A stretch of 64,000 bases of DNA from Caulobacterales bacterium (GTDB taxonomy: Bacteria; Pseudomonadota; Alphaproteobacteria; Caulobacterales; Parvularculaceae). Position numbers and translations under genes: made by a program. Each line of letters begins with the position of its first letter. Position 1 is the first letter of the stretch. This document shows positions 44,281-54,702 of this stretch, piece after piece. Under the pieces are notes generated by a model. That model was not told where the DNA came from. It worked only from the letters and a program-made list of their open reading frames with translations, and did not search any database. Where the stretch lies: assembly GCA_020638525.1 (NCBI GenBank), contig JACKIL010000013.1, positions 2,483 through 66,482 of the forward strand. Direction: 5' to 3'.

Positions 44281-45216
44281 ATGAGCGTGACGATTTTGCT
44301 GGTCGTTCTCGGCGCGCTCGCTCTTTCGGGGCTTGTGACCTTGCGACATGAGCGCAAGGCGCCACCGATCGGGCGCTTCGTCGAGTTCGGCTCCCACCGC
44401 CTGCACGTTCTGGATCTGAACGCCGACTCCAAAGGCCCGCCGATTGTTCTCATCCACGGCGCGAGCGTGAACCTGCGCGACATGAAGCTCGCTCTGGGTG
44501 AGGAACTCGCCAAGACCCACCGCGTCATCATCTTCGACCGGCCCGGGCGAGGGTATTCTTCCCGGCCAAGCGACGGCTGGCGTCTCGACCGGCAGGCGGA
44601 AATCATCCACGAGGCGCTGGGCGCGCTCGGGGTCGAAAAGCCGGTCATTGTGGGCCAAAGCCTTGGCGGGGCGGTCGCGCTCGCTTACGCCCTCAAATTC
44701 CAGACGGAGATGACGGGCCTCGTTCTCCTTGCGCCCGTCAGCCACGACTGGCCGGGCGGGGTCGCCTGGTACAATGCGGTTTCCGGCGCGCCAGTGATCG
44801 GAACCGTCTTTCGCTGGCTTCTGATCCCGTTCTACGGGCCTCTCGCGGCCAAGGCGGGCGTAAAAGGCTCCTTCGCGCCGAATGACGCGCCTGCGGACTA
44901 CTATGAAAGCTCGGGTCTGTCGCTGCTCTTCCGCCCGGACGACTTCAGGGCGAACGCAGAGGATCTGGCGAGGTTGAAGCCGCAGATCATCGAGATGAGC
45001 CGGCGCTATGGCGAAATCACGATTCCGACTGCCATTCTGAGCGGAACAAGCGACCGCACAGTCTCCCACAAGCGGCATTCTGAAAGGCTCGCGAGCGACA
45101 TTCCGGGGGCCTCGCTCGATCTCCTGCCCGAGACGGGGCACGCCCTTCACCATGCCGAAACGCCCCGTGTTGCGGCAGCCATCCGGCGCATCGCCGCCGG
45201 GCAAACCGCTGTTTGA
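44281..45216 (+). CDS. membrane-anchored alpha/beta hydrolase
   Basis: HG oxyanion motif, DRPGRGYS, GQSLG nucleophile elbow, C-terminal GH. Confidence 0.88.
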   Translation: MSVTILLVVLGALALSGLVTLRHERKAPPIGRFVEFGSHRLHVLDLNADSKGPPIVLIHGASVNLRDMKLALGEELAKTHRVIIFDRPGRGYSSRPSDGWRLDRQAEIIHEALGALGVEKPVIVGQSLGGAVALAYALKFQTEMTGLVLLAPVSHDWPGGVAWYNAVSGAPVIGTVFRWLLIPFYGPLAAKAGVKGSFAPNDAPADYYESSGLSLLFRPDDFRANAEDLARLKPQIIEMSRRYGEITIPTAILSGTSDRTVSHKRHSERLASDIPGASLDLLPETGHALHHAETPRVAAAIRRIAAGQTAV

Positions 45217-45305
45217 CGAGGGCAGGCGGACGGCGTAGACACCGCCCCTTCCACTTCCGGCGCGCGCATCCCACATAGCCCCTGCCGCAACCAGAGACTC
45301 TACGA

Positions 45306-45854
45306 ATGATCGCCGTTCTATTGACCGTCCACGTGCTTATCGTCCTCGGATTGATCGGGGTTGTGCTGCTTCAGCGTTCAGAAGGCGGCGCGCTCGGCAT
45401 GGGCGGCGGCGGTGGAGGCGGCGGGTTCATGACGGGCCGCGGCGCGGCGAACGCGCTGACGCGCACCACTTCGGTGCTTGCTGCGCTCTTCTTCTCGACG
45501 TCGATGGCGCTCGCCCTGGTCGGAAAACGCGGGGAAAGCGAAGCCTCCGTCATCAAGGAGCTGACCAGCGGCTCCAGCGCGCCCGCCGTCGAAACGGGTC
45601 CGACGCCGGACGCATCGACGGACGACCTCCTGAAATCCCTTGGCGTTGACGACGCGACAGCGCCTGCGCCGGCAGAAGAGAGCGCGCCCGCGCCTGAGAC
45701 CGTGACTGACGAATCGCCTGCGGCAGAAGAATCAGCTCCGGAGCAGCAGGCTGCGCCCGATACCGGCGCCGCAGCCGCGAACGAGGCTGAAGCGCCGTCT
45801 GAGGCGCCGGCCGATGCTTCGCCGGAGACCCCGGCGGAAGAGCCCCAAAACTAG
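45306..45854 (+). CDS. secG: preprotein translocase subunit SecG with long acidic tail
   Basis: VVLLQRSEGGALG...GRGAANALTRTT; upstream of pyrG. Confidence 0.93.
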   Translation: MIAVLLTVHVLIVLGLIGVVLLQRSEGGALGMGGGGGGGGFMTGRGAANALTRTTSVLAALFFSTSMALALVGKRGESEASVIKELTSGSSAPAVETGPTPDASTDDLLKSLGVDDATAPAPAEESAPAPETVTDESPAAEESAPEQQAAPDTGAAAANEAEAPSEAPADASPETPAEEPQN

Positions 45855-45921
45855 GAGTTTCGCGCCTTTCGGGGCTGCGATCCGGGCGCAGATGCGCCCG
45901 GCTGGAATGTTATTTTTTTAA

Positions 45922-47604
<1,683 letters not shown>

Positions 47605-47779
47605 GCCATCGCCCATCGCGTCTGCGGCACGGCTCGGCGCAAGCCGATTGCACCCTCACGGCGCCGTGACCACACTGATCATGCGGGCGGCGATTCTCTT
47701 TCTCCGATGGCCAGCCGGGGGCGTCCGTTTGTTCGCGTAAGAATGGCGAGGCCAAAGAAACAGCCAAGGGACGAGGACA

Positions 47780-48322
47780 ATGAAAAACAACGAGATTTCC
47801 AAAGAGATCAGCGCGGCGCGCACGCGCGTCGGCGGGTTCGTGCTTGCAGCGGCGGCGGCCGGTTTCCTTTTCGCTGCGCCAGCCATGGCGCACGACCATG
47901 AGCATTCCGACCACGGACATACCCTCACGATCGGCGACGACGAAGACCTTCTGGAAAAGCTGATCGCTCTCGACGAGGAAGGCATCGCGCATATGCGCGC
48001 CGATATCGCCGAGGCGCGCGCTGACATTGAAGAAGCAATCAAAGACGTCGAAGAAGCGCGTGAAGAAGTGAAGTCGGTTCCGGGCGGCCGCTGGATCGTG
48101 CGGATCGCCTTCACGGCGGCGCGCGCGGCGACGTCGGAAGCAGTCAAGGAAGCGATGGAAGAAGCGCGCGAAGCGATCGACGACGCCGAGCGCCGGCTCG
48201 CGACGGCCGATGTCAGCGACGAAGAGCGCGTAGAAACGCAAGGCGCCATCGACGGCCTTCGTGAAGACCTTGACGATCTCGAAGTTGCGCTGAACGAGCT
48301 TATCGCAGCGATGCACGCCTAA
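47780..48322 (+). CDS. hypothetical secreted protein with His-rich patch and acidic helical body
   Basis: GAGG SD; signal peptide ending AMA; HDHEHSDHGH. Confidence 0.7.
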   Translation: MKNNEISKEISAARTRVGGFVLAAAAAGFLFAAPAMAHDHEHSDHGHTLTIGDDEDLLEKLIALDEEGIAHMRADIAEARADIEEAIKDVEEAREEVKSVPGGRWIVRIAFTAARAATSEAVKEAMEEAREAIDDAERRLATADVSDEERVETQGAIDGLREDLDDLEVALNELIAAMHA

Positions 48323-48347
48323 ATAAGAATTGGGAAAGAAACGCCTG

Positions 48348-48381
48348 ACGGCGCCGGTTCAATCGAGCCGGCGCCGTTTTC
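48348..48381 (+). terminator. terminator hairpin between convergent genes
   Basis: acggcgccgg/ccggcgccgt 10-bp stem followed by T-run. Confidence 0.6.
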
Positions 48382-49210
48382 TTATGAAGAAAACGACGAT
48401 GAGAATGCCGGCGATGGGCCCGGCGAGCCCCGCAAGGCCGCCTTCGACGCCGAGCGTTCCACCCGTCCACAGATCCGGTCCGTTGAAGGAAAGGAAGCGC
48501 CAGTCGCCAAGCGCGATGTCCGTTCCTGTCACGTTGATCTGGAGAGCGGGGCCCTGCAGGCCGTTCCAGCCGAAGTGAATGCCGATCGGCAGCCACAACG
48601 CGCCGCTGCGCACATAAGCAAGGCTGAGAAGAATGCTTGCGAAGAGAATGTTCAATCCGGCGATCGGGCCTTGCGGTCCGCTGACGATCGCGCCCGTATG
48701 CATCGCGACGAAGATAACCGTCGTCACGACTGTCGCGACGATCGCGCCGTATTTCGTCCAAAGCTCCTGAAACATGTAGCTGCGCACGAGAAGCTCTTGG
48801 TGGACGACGTTGAAGAGCGTGAAGCCGAGCCCGGCGAGAAGCGCAGTCCCGTCGAACTGCGATAGGTCGACATCGACTTTCGCCGCGCCCATCGCAAGGA
48901 GCACGCCGAGCGGAACGAGGAAGATCAGCCCGCCGATCATGGTTCCGAAAACCAAGTCTGAAGGTCCGGCCGCCAATGGAAAGCCAAGCGTTGACGGTCC
49001 GCGTTTGTCGACGACGAACGCCATGACAAGGAAAGCGCACACGACGGCGCCGGCGCCGCCGACCTCGGCGAAATAGCGCCAGCCGATCTTGTCGTACCAG
49101 GCTTCACCGCCGCCCTTGACGGCTGTCACCGTCACCGCGGCCAGCAGCGCCGCCCAGATCGCGAGAAAGAGGAGGATTTTTCCCGTAGAGACCGCAATCC
49201 TGCGCATCAC
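48359..49210 (-). CDS. CPBP (CAAX/Abi) family intramembrane protease
   Basis: QELLVRSY, FVAMH, LWLPIGIHFGWN, TGG..GVEG. Confidence 0.85.
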   Translation of the reverse strand: MMRRIAVSTGKILLFLAIWAALLAAVTVTAVKGGGEAWYDKIGWRYFAEVGGAGAVVCAFLVMAFVVDKRGPSTLGFPLAAGPSDLVFGTMIGGLIFLVPLGVLLAMGAAKVDVDLSQFDGTALLAGLGFTLFNVVHQELLVRSYMFQELWTKYGAIVATVVTTVIFVAMHTGAIVSGPQGPIAGLNILFASILLSLAYVRSGALWLPIGIHFGWNGLQGPALQINVTGTDIALGDWRFLSFNGPDLWTGGTLGVEGGLAGLAGPIAGILIVVFFIRKRRRLD

Positions 49211-49394
49211 CTTATCCGCTGGCTGAGGATTTCGAATCTAAGCCCTTGCGATCCTTAGCATGGCCGCATTTCGCCTCAAATGAGGTCGGAACAGGCGCCG
49301 ACGAGGCTTGCCGGGGGCGGACGAGTGGCCGAAGATCGCCGCCGAGGAAACGGGGGCGGGCGGCGACGCGCGCAGAGAACCAAGGGGCGATTCG

Positions 49395-50456
49395 ATGAGA
49401 CTTCTATCCTGGGCCGCGGGAGCGGTGCTCTTGTTCATTTTCGGCATGGCGATCGCCACGCGCATTCCGGCGGTGCAAGATGCGATGTTTGAGCGCGTGG
49501 CCGGCAAAGCCCTGCAGCCTAGACAGACCGCGCTTTTCGATGGCGATGGTCTCAAAGTCATCTTCTGCGGAACGAGCTCACCGGTTCCGTCTCTCAAGCG
49601 CGAGCAAACCTGCACCGCGATTGTCGCGGGCGATCAGTTCTATCTTGTCGACGCCGGCACGGGGAGTTGGGAAGTCTTGCAGGCGGGCGGCATGCCGGGC
49701 GGGAAGATCGGCGGTGTCTTCCTCACGCACTTTCATTCCGATCACATTGGCGATCTGAGCGAGGTCAATCTCAACACCTGGTTCGGCGGACGGACTGCGC
49801 CATTGTCCGTCTACGGACCGGAAGGCGTCGAGCGCGTCGTCGAGGGCGAGAACGAGGCGCTTGCGCTCGATACGCTCTACCGCATCGCCCATCACGGCGA
49901 ACAGGTGATGCCGCCACAGACGGCGGGCATGACGGCTTTCTCGTTCGATGGCTCGGCGCCGCATGTCGTCTTCGAGAAAGACGGACTGAAAGTCACCGCG
50001 TTTCCGGTGAAGCACGACCCGGTGAAGCCGGCGGTCGGTTATCGTTTCGATTATAAAGGACGGAGCGTCTCGATTTCCGGCGACACGGCGTATTCCGAGA
50101 GCCTGATCGAGAATTCGAAAGGCGTCGACGTGCTTATTCACGAGGCGCAATCAAATCTCATGGTCGGCAAAATGCGCGATGCGGCGCAGGCGGCGAACAT
50201 CGGCAACCTCGCCAAGGTTCTCTCCGACATCATGACCTATCACACGACGCCGGAAGAGGCCGCGCGCGCCGCCAATGAAGCCGGCGCCGACTGGCTTATC
50301 CTCACTCATTTCACGCCGCCACCGGATAACCCGATCGCCAAGCGCATGTTCATGCGCGGCGTATCGAAAATCAGGCGGGATAACGTGAAGATGGCCGATG
50401 ACGGCCTGGTGGTTTTGCTTCCTGAGGCGGGCGGGATTAGTTTCTCCGCACTCTAG
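49395..50456 (+). CDS. exported MBL-fold hydrolase, RNase Z/AtsA (arylsulfatase-like) subgroup
   Basis: THFHSDH, SGDT, LIHEA, YHTT, LILTH; N-terminal hydrophobic anchor. Confidence 0.85.
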   Translation: MRLLSWAAGAVLLFIFGMAIATRIPAVQDAMFERVAGKALQPRQTALFDGDGLKVIFCGTSSPVPSLKREQTCTAIVAGDQFYLVDAGTGSWEVLQAGGMPGGKIGGVFLTHFHSDHIGDLSEVNLNTWFGGRTAPLSVYGPEGVERVVEGENEALALDTLYRIAHHGEQVMPPQTAGMTAFSFDGSAPHVVFEKDGLKVTAFPVKHDPVKPAVGYRFDYKGRSVSISGDTAYSESLIENSKGVDVLIHEAQSNLMVGKMRDAAQAANIGNLAKVLSDIMTYHTTPEEAARAANEAGADWLILTHFTPPPDNPIAKRMFMRGVSKIRRDNVKMADDGLVVLLPEAGGISFSAL

Positions 50457-50476
50457 AGCCGCTGCGGGAGACTTCA

Positions 50477-51316
50477 TTGCTCAAGCCTGTCCTCATCACC
50501 GGCGCTTCGAGCGGCATTGGCGAAGCGACGGCGGTCCACCTCGCCCATAAGGGGTTTCGCGTTTATGCGGGCGCCCGCCGCCTCGAAAAGCTCAAGCTCC
50601 TTGAGGGGTTAGGGCAGGAGGCGATCACCGCGGTCGAACTCGACGTGACCGATGAGCGTTCGATCGCGCGCGCCCTTGAGCGGATCGCCGAAGACGGCGC
50701 GCCGCTTTACGGGCTCGTCAACAATGCCGGCGTCGCGGTGACGGGGCCGGTTGAAGAAGTAGCGCTCGACGAATGGCGGCGCGAATTCGAAACGAATGTC
50801 TTCGGCCTCCTCGCGGTGACGAAAGCCGTCATGCCGCAAATGCGGGCGGCGGGCGCGGGCCGCATCGTCAATGTCGGCTCGCTCTCGGGCCGGGTCGTTG
50901 CGCCCTTCATGGGAGCATACGCCGCCTCCAAGCACGCCGTTGAAGCAATCAGCGACGCTATGCGGCGCGAGTTCAGCCTCGTCGGCGTGAAGGTGAGCCT
51001 CATCCGCCCCGGTTTCATCAACACGACGTTCGGCGAGCAGGAACAGCACGGCCTCGAACCCTTTATGGAGGCGGGAAGGCCCTATGCGGACGCTGTCGCC
51101 GCCTTCAAGGCGTGGCACGCCAAAGGCCACCCCAACGGCGCTTCGCCGTTTGAGGTCGCCGAGAAAATTCATGACGCGCTGACGTCGGATCGCCCGCATT
51201 CGCGCTACACGGCGCCGGCGCGTTATCTCGGCATTCTCATGATGCGCAATCTGTTGCCTTCGGCGATTTTCGACCGGCTTCTTTTGAACGCGACCGGCGT
51301 GAAGAAGCTTTTCTGA
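50477..51316 (+). CDS. short-chain dehydrogenase/reductase
   Basis: TGASSGIG, NNAG, YAASK. Confidence 0.93.
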   Translation: MLKPVLITGASSGIGEATAVHLAHKGFRVYAGARRLEKLKLLEGLGQEAITAVELDVTDERSIARALERIAEDGAPLYGLVNNAGVAVTGPVEEVALDEWRREFETNVFGLLAVTKAVMPQMRAAGAGRIVNVGSLSGRVVAPFMGAYAASKHAVEAISDAMRREFSLVGVKVSLIRPGFINTTFGEQEQHGLEPFMEAGRPYADAVAAFKAWHAKGHPNGASPFEVAEKIHDALTSDRPHSRYTAPARYLGILMMRNLLPSAIFDRLLLNATGVKKLF

Positions 51317-51345
51317 ACCGCGCGCCAATAAAAAAGCGAGGAAAC

Positions 51346-51762
51346 GTGACCGGCAATATTGATCCGACTAAAGAACAATTCGCGGCCTTCCTGAAAATCG
51401 AAAGCAAGGGACCGATCTGGATGCTCAACCAGATCCGGCTGCGGGCGCAGGCCGCCTATCCGGACGGGCGCAAGGCGACCGGGCGCGAGGCCTATGCCGC
51501 GTATGCGAAGGAGAGCGCGCCGTTCTTCTCCGGCGTGGGCGGGCGCATCATCTGGTCGAGCACCCCGCAACTCGTGCTCATCGGCCCTTCGGATGAAAAA
51601 TGGGATCTCGTCTTCGTCGCGGAATACCCGAACTCGGCGGCGTTCGCAGAAATGGTCAGGAATCCCGGCTATCAGGCGATAGTCGTTCACCGGCAGGCCG
51701 CGGTTGAGGACTCCCGCCTCATCCGCCTCGCGCCGGGCGAATCCGGGAAGGTTTTCGGGTAA
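51346..51762 (+). CDS. DUF1330 family protein
   Basis: GPIWMLN..R...A.YPDG, GREAY..Y, WD....EYP, HRQAAVEDSRLI. Confidence 0.8.
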   Translation: MTGNIDPTKEQFAAFLKIESKGPIWMLNQIRLRAQAAYPDGRKATGREAYAAYAKESAPFFSGVGGRIIWSSTPQLVLIGPSDEKWDLVFVAEYPNSAAFAEMVRNPGYQAIVVHRQAAVEDSRLIRLAPGESGKVFG

Positions 51763-51885
51763 GCGCAACGCGGCTTCAGCCATTTCCGCCACGGCGCGAA
51801 TTCATGCCCCGATCAGGTTTCCCCTGACGCGGAAAACGCGCTAGGAAGGGCCCGACCCCGAGCAACCAATTTCCGAGCATAATCA

Positions 51886-53292
51886 ATGCCGACGCCGATC
51901 CTGATGCCTGCCCTTTCGCCGACCATGGAAGAGGGCACCCTCGCCAAATGGAACGTCAAGGAAGGCGACAAAGTCTCCTCCGGCGACGTCATCGCTGAAA
52001 TCGAGACCGACAAGGCGACGATGGAGGTCGAAGCCGTCGATGAAGGCGTCATCGGCAAGATCCTCGTTCCCGCCGGCACGGAAGGCGTGAAGGTCAACGC
52101 GCCGATCGCCGAGCTCCTCGACGATGGCGAGAGCGCGGCGCCTGCTCAGAAAAAGAATGGCGCCGCCCCGAAGGATGAGGGCGGTGCGAAGAAAACTCAG
52201 CCTCATCCTGAGGTGCGAGCGGAGCGAGCCTCGAAGGATGCGCCGCCCGTTGCAGCGCCGGTCTTCGTCGCCGCAGCGGCGGACCCGGAATTGCCTGCTG
52301 GAACCGAAATGGTTTCAACCGCAATTCGCGATGCGCTGCGCGATGCGATCGCCGAAGAAATGCGCCGCGACCCGGACGTTTTTCTGATGGGCGAGGAAGT
52401 CGCACAATATCAGGGCGCCTACAAAGTCTCGCGCGGGCTGCTCGAAGAGTTCGGCCCGAAGCGCGTCATCGATACGCCGATTACGGAATATGGCTTTGCG
52501 GGCCTTGGCGTCGGCGCGGCGTTTGCGGGGCTCAAACCCATTGTCGAATTCATGACGTGGAACTTCGCCATGCAGGCGATCGATCACATCATCAATTCCG
52601 CCGCGAAGACGCGCTATATGTCCGGCGGGCAGATGAGCTGTTCGATTGTGTTCCGCGGGCCGAACGCCGCCGCGAGCCGCGTCGCCGCGCAGCACAGCCA
52701 GGACTATGCGAACTGGTACATGAACATTCCGGGCCTCATTGTCATTTCGCCATACTCGGCGGCGGACGCGAAAGGGCTCCTCAAGGCCGCGATTCGCGAT
52801 CCCAATCCGGTCGTCTTCCTTGAGCACGAGCTTCTCTACGGCGACACGATGGACGTCCCGAAAGTTGATGACTGGGTGCTCCCGATCGGCAAGGCGAAGG
52901 TCCAGCGCGAGGGAACGGACGTCACCATCGTTTCCTATTCGCGCGGCGTGAAGTTTTCGCTCGAAGCCGCCGCGATGCTGGAGGCGGAAGGAATCTCCGC
53001 TGAGGTGATCGATCTCAGAACGCTGCGCCCGCTCGATACCGAGGCGGTCATCAATTCGGTGAAAAAGACGAACCGCATCGTCACCGTCGAAGAAGGCTGG
53101 GCCCATGCCGGCGTCGGCGCCGAAATCGGCTGGCTCGTCACGCAGCACGCCTTCGACTATCTCGACGCGCCGCCAGCGCGCGTAACGCAGGAAGAAACGC
53201 CGCTGCCATACGCGGCGAACCTCGAAGCGATGAGCCTTCCGAATGCGGATAAAATCGTGAAGGCGGTTAAAGCCGTCATGTACAGAGACTGA
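51886..53292 (+). CDS. pdhB: pyruvate dehydrogenase E1 beta subunit with N-terminal lipoyl domain
   Basis: ETDKA lipoyl site; [24 protein letters not shown]. Confidence 0.97.
   Translation: MPTPILMPALSPTMEEGTLAKWNVKEGDKVSSGDVIAEIETDKATMEVEAVDEGVIGKILVPAGTEGVKVNAPIAELLDDGESAAPAQKKNGAAPKDEGGAKKTQPHPEVRAERASKDAPPVAAPVFVAAAADPELPAGTEMVSTAIRDALRDAIAEEMRRDPDVFLMGEEVAQYQGAYKVSRGLLEEFGPKRVIDTPITEYGFAGLGVGAAFAGLKPIVEFMTWNFAMQAIDHIINSAAKTRYMSGGQMSCSIVFRGPNAAASRVAAQHSQDYANWYMNIPGLIVISPYSAADAKGLLKAAIRDPNPVVFLEHELLYGDTMDVPKVDDWVLPIGKAKVQREGTDVTIVSYSRGVKFSLEAAAMLEAEGISAEVIDLRTLRPLDTEAVINSVKKTNRIVTVEEGWAHAGVGAEIGWLVTQHAFDYLDAPPARVTQEETPLPYAANLEAMSLPNADKIVKAVKAVMYRD
52172..52240. repeat. palindromic REP/RPE-like element in frame in the pdhB linker
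   Basis: catcct-gagg...cctc-ga-aggatg hairpin (52204-52240); aggatgagg (52172-52180) is the reverse complement of cctcatcct (52201-52209). Confidence 0.72.
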
Positions 53293-53299
53293 GCGCCCT

Positions 53300-54661
53300 A
53301 TGCCCACGCCAATTCTCATGCCCGCCTTGTCGCCCACGATGGAAGAGGGAACCCTCGCCAAGTGGAACATCAAGGAAGGCGACAAGGTTTCTTCCGGCGA
53401 CGTCATCGCGGAGATCGAGACCGACAAGGCGACCATGGAAGTCGAAGCCGTCGATGAAGGCGTCGTCGGCAAGATCGTGGTTCCGGCCGGCACGGAAGGC
53501 GTGAAGGTCAACGAGACGATCGCGATCCTTCTTGAGGACGGCGAGAGCGCCGGCGATCTCAAGGCTGAGGCGCCGAAGAATGGCGGAGCCAAGCCCGAGG
53601 AGCCAAAGAAGAATGGTTCTTTTGCTCCCCCGCGTGCGGGGGAGCTGTCCGCGAAGCGGACTGAGGGGGCCTCTGTATCGGCTGCGCCCCCTCCGTCGGC
53701 TGCACCGACACCTCCCCCGCGAGCGGGGGAGGAAAAGAGTGGAGGCGCCCGCGTCTTCGCCTCGCCGCTTGCAAAGCGCATCGCGAAGCTGGAAGGCGTC
53801 GATCTCGCCGCGCTGAAGGGCTCCGGCCCGCATGGCCGCGTCGTCAAACGCGATATCGAAAAGGCGATCGCGAGCGGCGGCGCGCCGAAAGCGGCAGCCG
53901 CGCCGCAGGCGGCTTTCGTTCCGGCGCCCGCTTCCATCGATCCGCGCGTTTATCCGCCGGAGAGCTACACGGCGGTCAAACTCGATGGCATGCGCAAGAC
54001 GATCGCACGGCGCCTGACGCAGTCTTTCAACGGTGAAGTGCCGCACTTCCCGCTCAACGTCGACATCGAGCTGACGAAGCTGCTCGCCGCGCGCGCAAGC
54101 CTCAACGCGACCTCGCCGAAAGACGGCGAGGGCGCCTTCAAGCTTTCGGTCAACGATTTCGTCATCAAGGCCGCTGCGCTCGCATTGAAGAAGGTCCCGA
54201 ACGCTAACGCGACCTATACGGATGAAGCGATCCTTCTCCACAAGCACGCCGACATTGGCGTCGCCGTCGCGATCGAAGGCGGGCTCATCACGCCGATCAT
54301 CTGGAAGGCGGAGACGAAGGGCCTGAAGCAGATATCGGCTGAGGTGAAGGACCTCGCCGCGCGCGCCCGCACCCGGAAACTGAAGCCTGAAGAGTACCAG
54401 GGCGGCACCTTCTCGGTCTCGAATCTCGGCATGTTCGGCATCACGTCCTTCTCCTCGATCGTCAACCAGCCGCAAGGCGCGATCATGTCGGTCGGGGCGG
54501 GGGAAGAGCGGGCGGTCGTCCGTGATGGCCAGATCGTCATCCGCACGATGATGACGGTGACGCTCACCTGCGACCACCGCGTCGTCGACGGCGCGGTCGG
54601 GGCGGAATACCTTGTGGCGTTCAAGCAGTTTGTCGAAGAACCGGCGGCGATGTTGCTGTAA
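53300..54661 (+). CDS. pdhC: pyruvate dehydrogenase E2, dihydrolipoamide acetyltransferase
   Basis: lipoyl ETDKA; [17 protein letters not shown] subunit-binding domain; DHRVVDG. Confidence 0.97.
   Translation: MPTPILMPALSPTMEEGTLAKWNIKEGDKVSSGDVIAEIETDKATMEVEAVDEGVVGKIVVPAGTEGVKVNETIAILLEDGESAGDLKAEAPKNGGAKPEEPKKNGSFAPPRAGELSAKRTEGASVSAAPPPSAAPTPPPRAGEEKSGGARVFASPLAKRIAKLEGVDLAALKGSGPHGRVVKRDIEKAIASGGAPKAAAAPQAAFVPAPASIDPRVYPPESYTAVKLDGMRKTIARRLTQSFNGEVPHFPLNVDIELTKLLAARASLNATSPKDGEGAFKLSVNDFVIKAAALALKKVPNANATYTDEAILLHKHADIGVAVAIEGGLITPIIWKAETKGLKQISAEVKDLAARARTRKLKPEEYQGGTFSVSNLGMFGITSFSSIVNQPQGAIMSVGAGEERAVVRDGQIVIRTMMTVTLTCDHRVVDGAVGAEYLVAFKQFVEEPAAMLL
53618..53738. mobile_element. MITE/REP-like composite palindromic element in frame in the pdhC linker
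   Basis: 16-bp terminal inverted repeats with one mismatch (tcttttgctcccccgc / gcgggggaggaaaaga) enclosing five symmetric hairpins. Confidence 0.8.
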
Positions 54662-54702
54662 GATGACCAGCCGGTGAGTCTGCCGCGCTGGAAACGAGGT
54701 TC

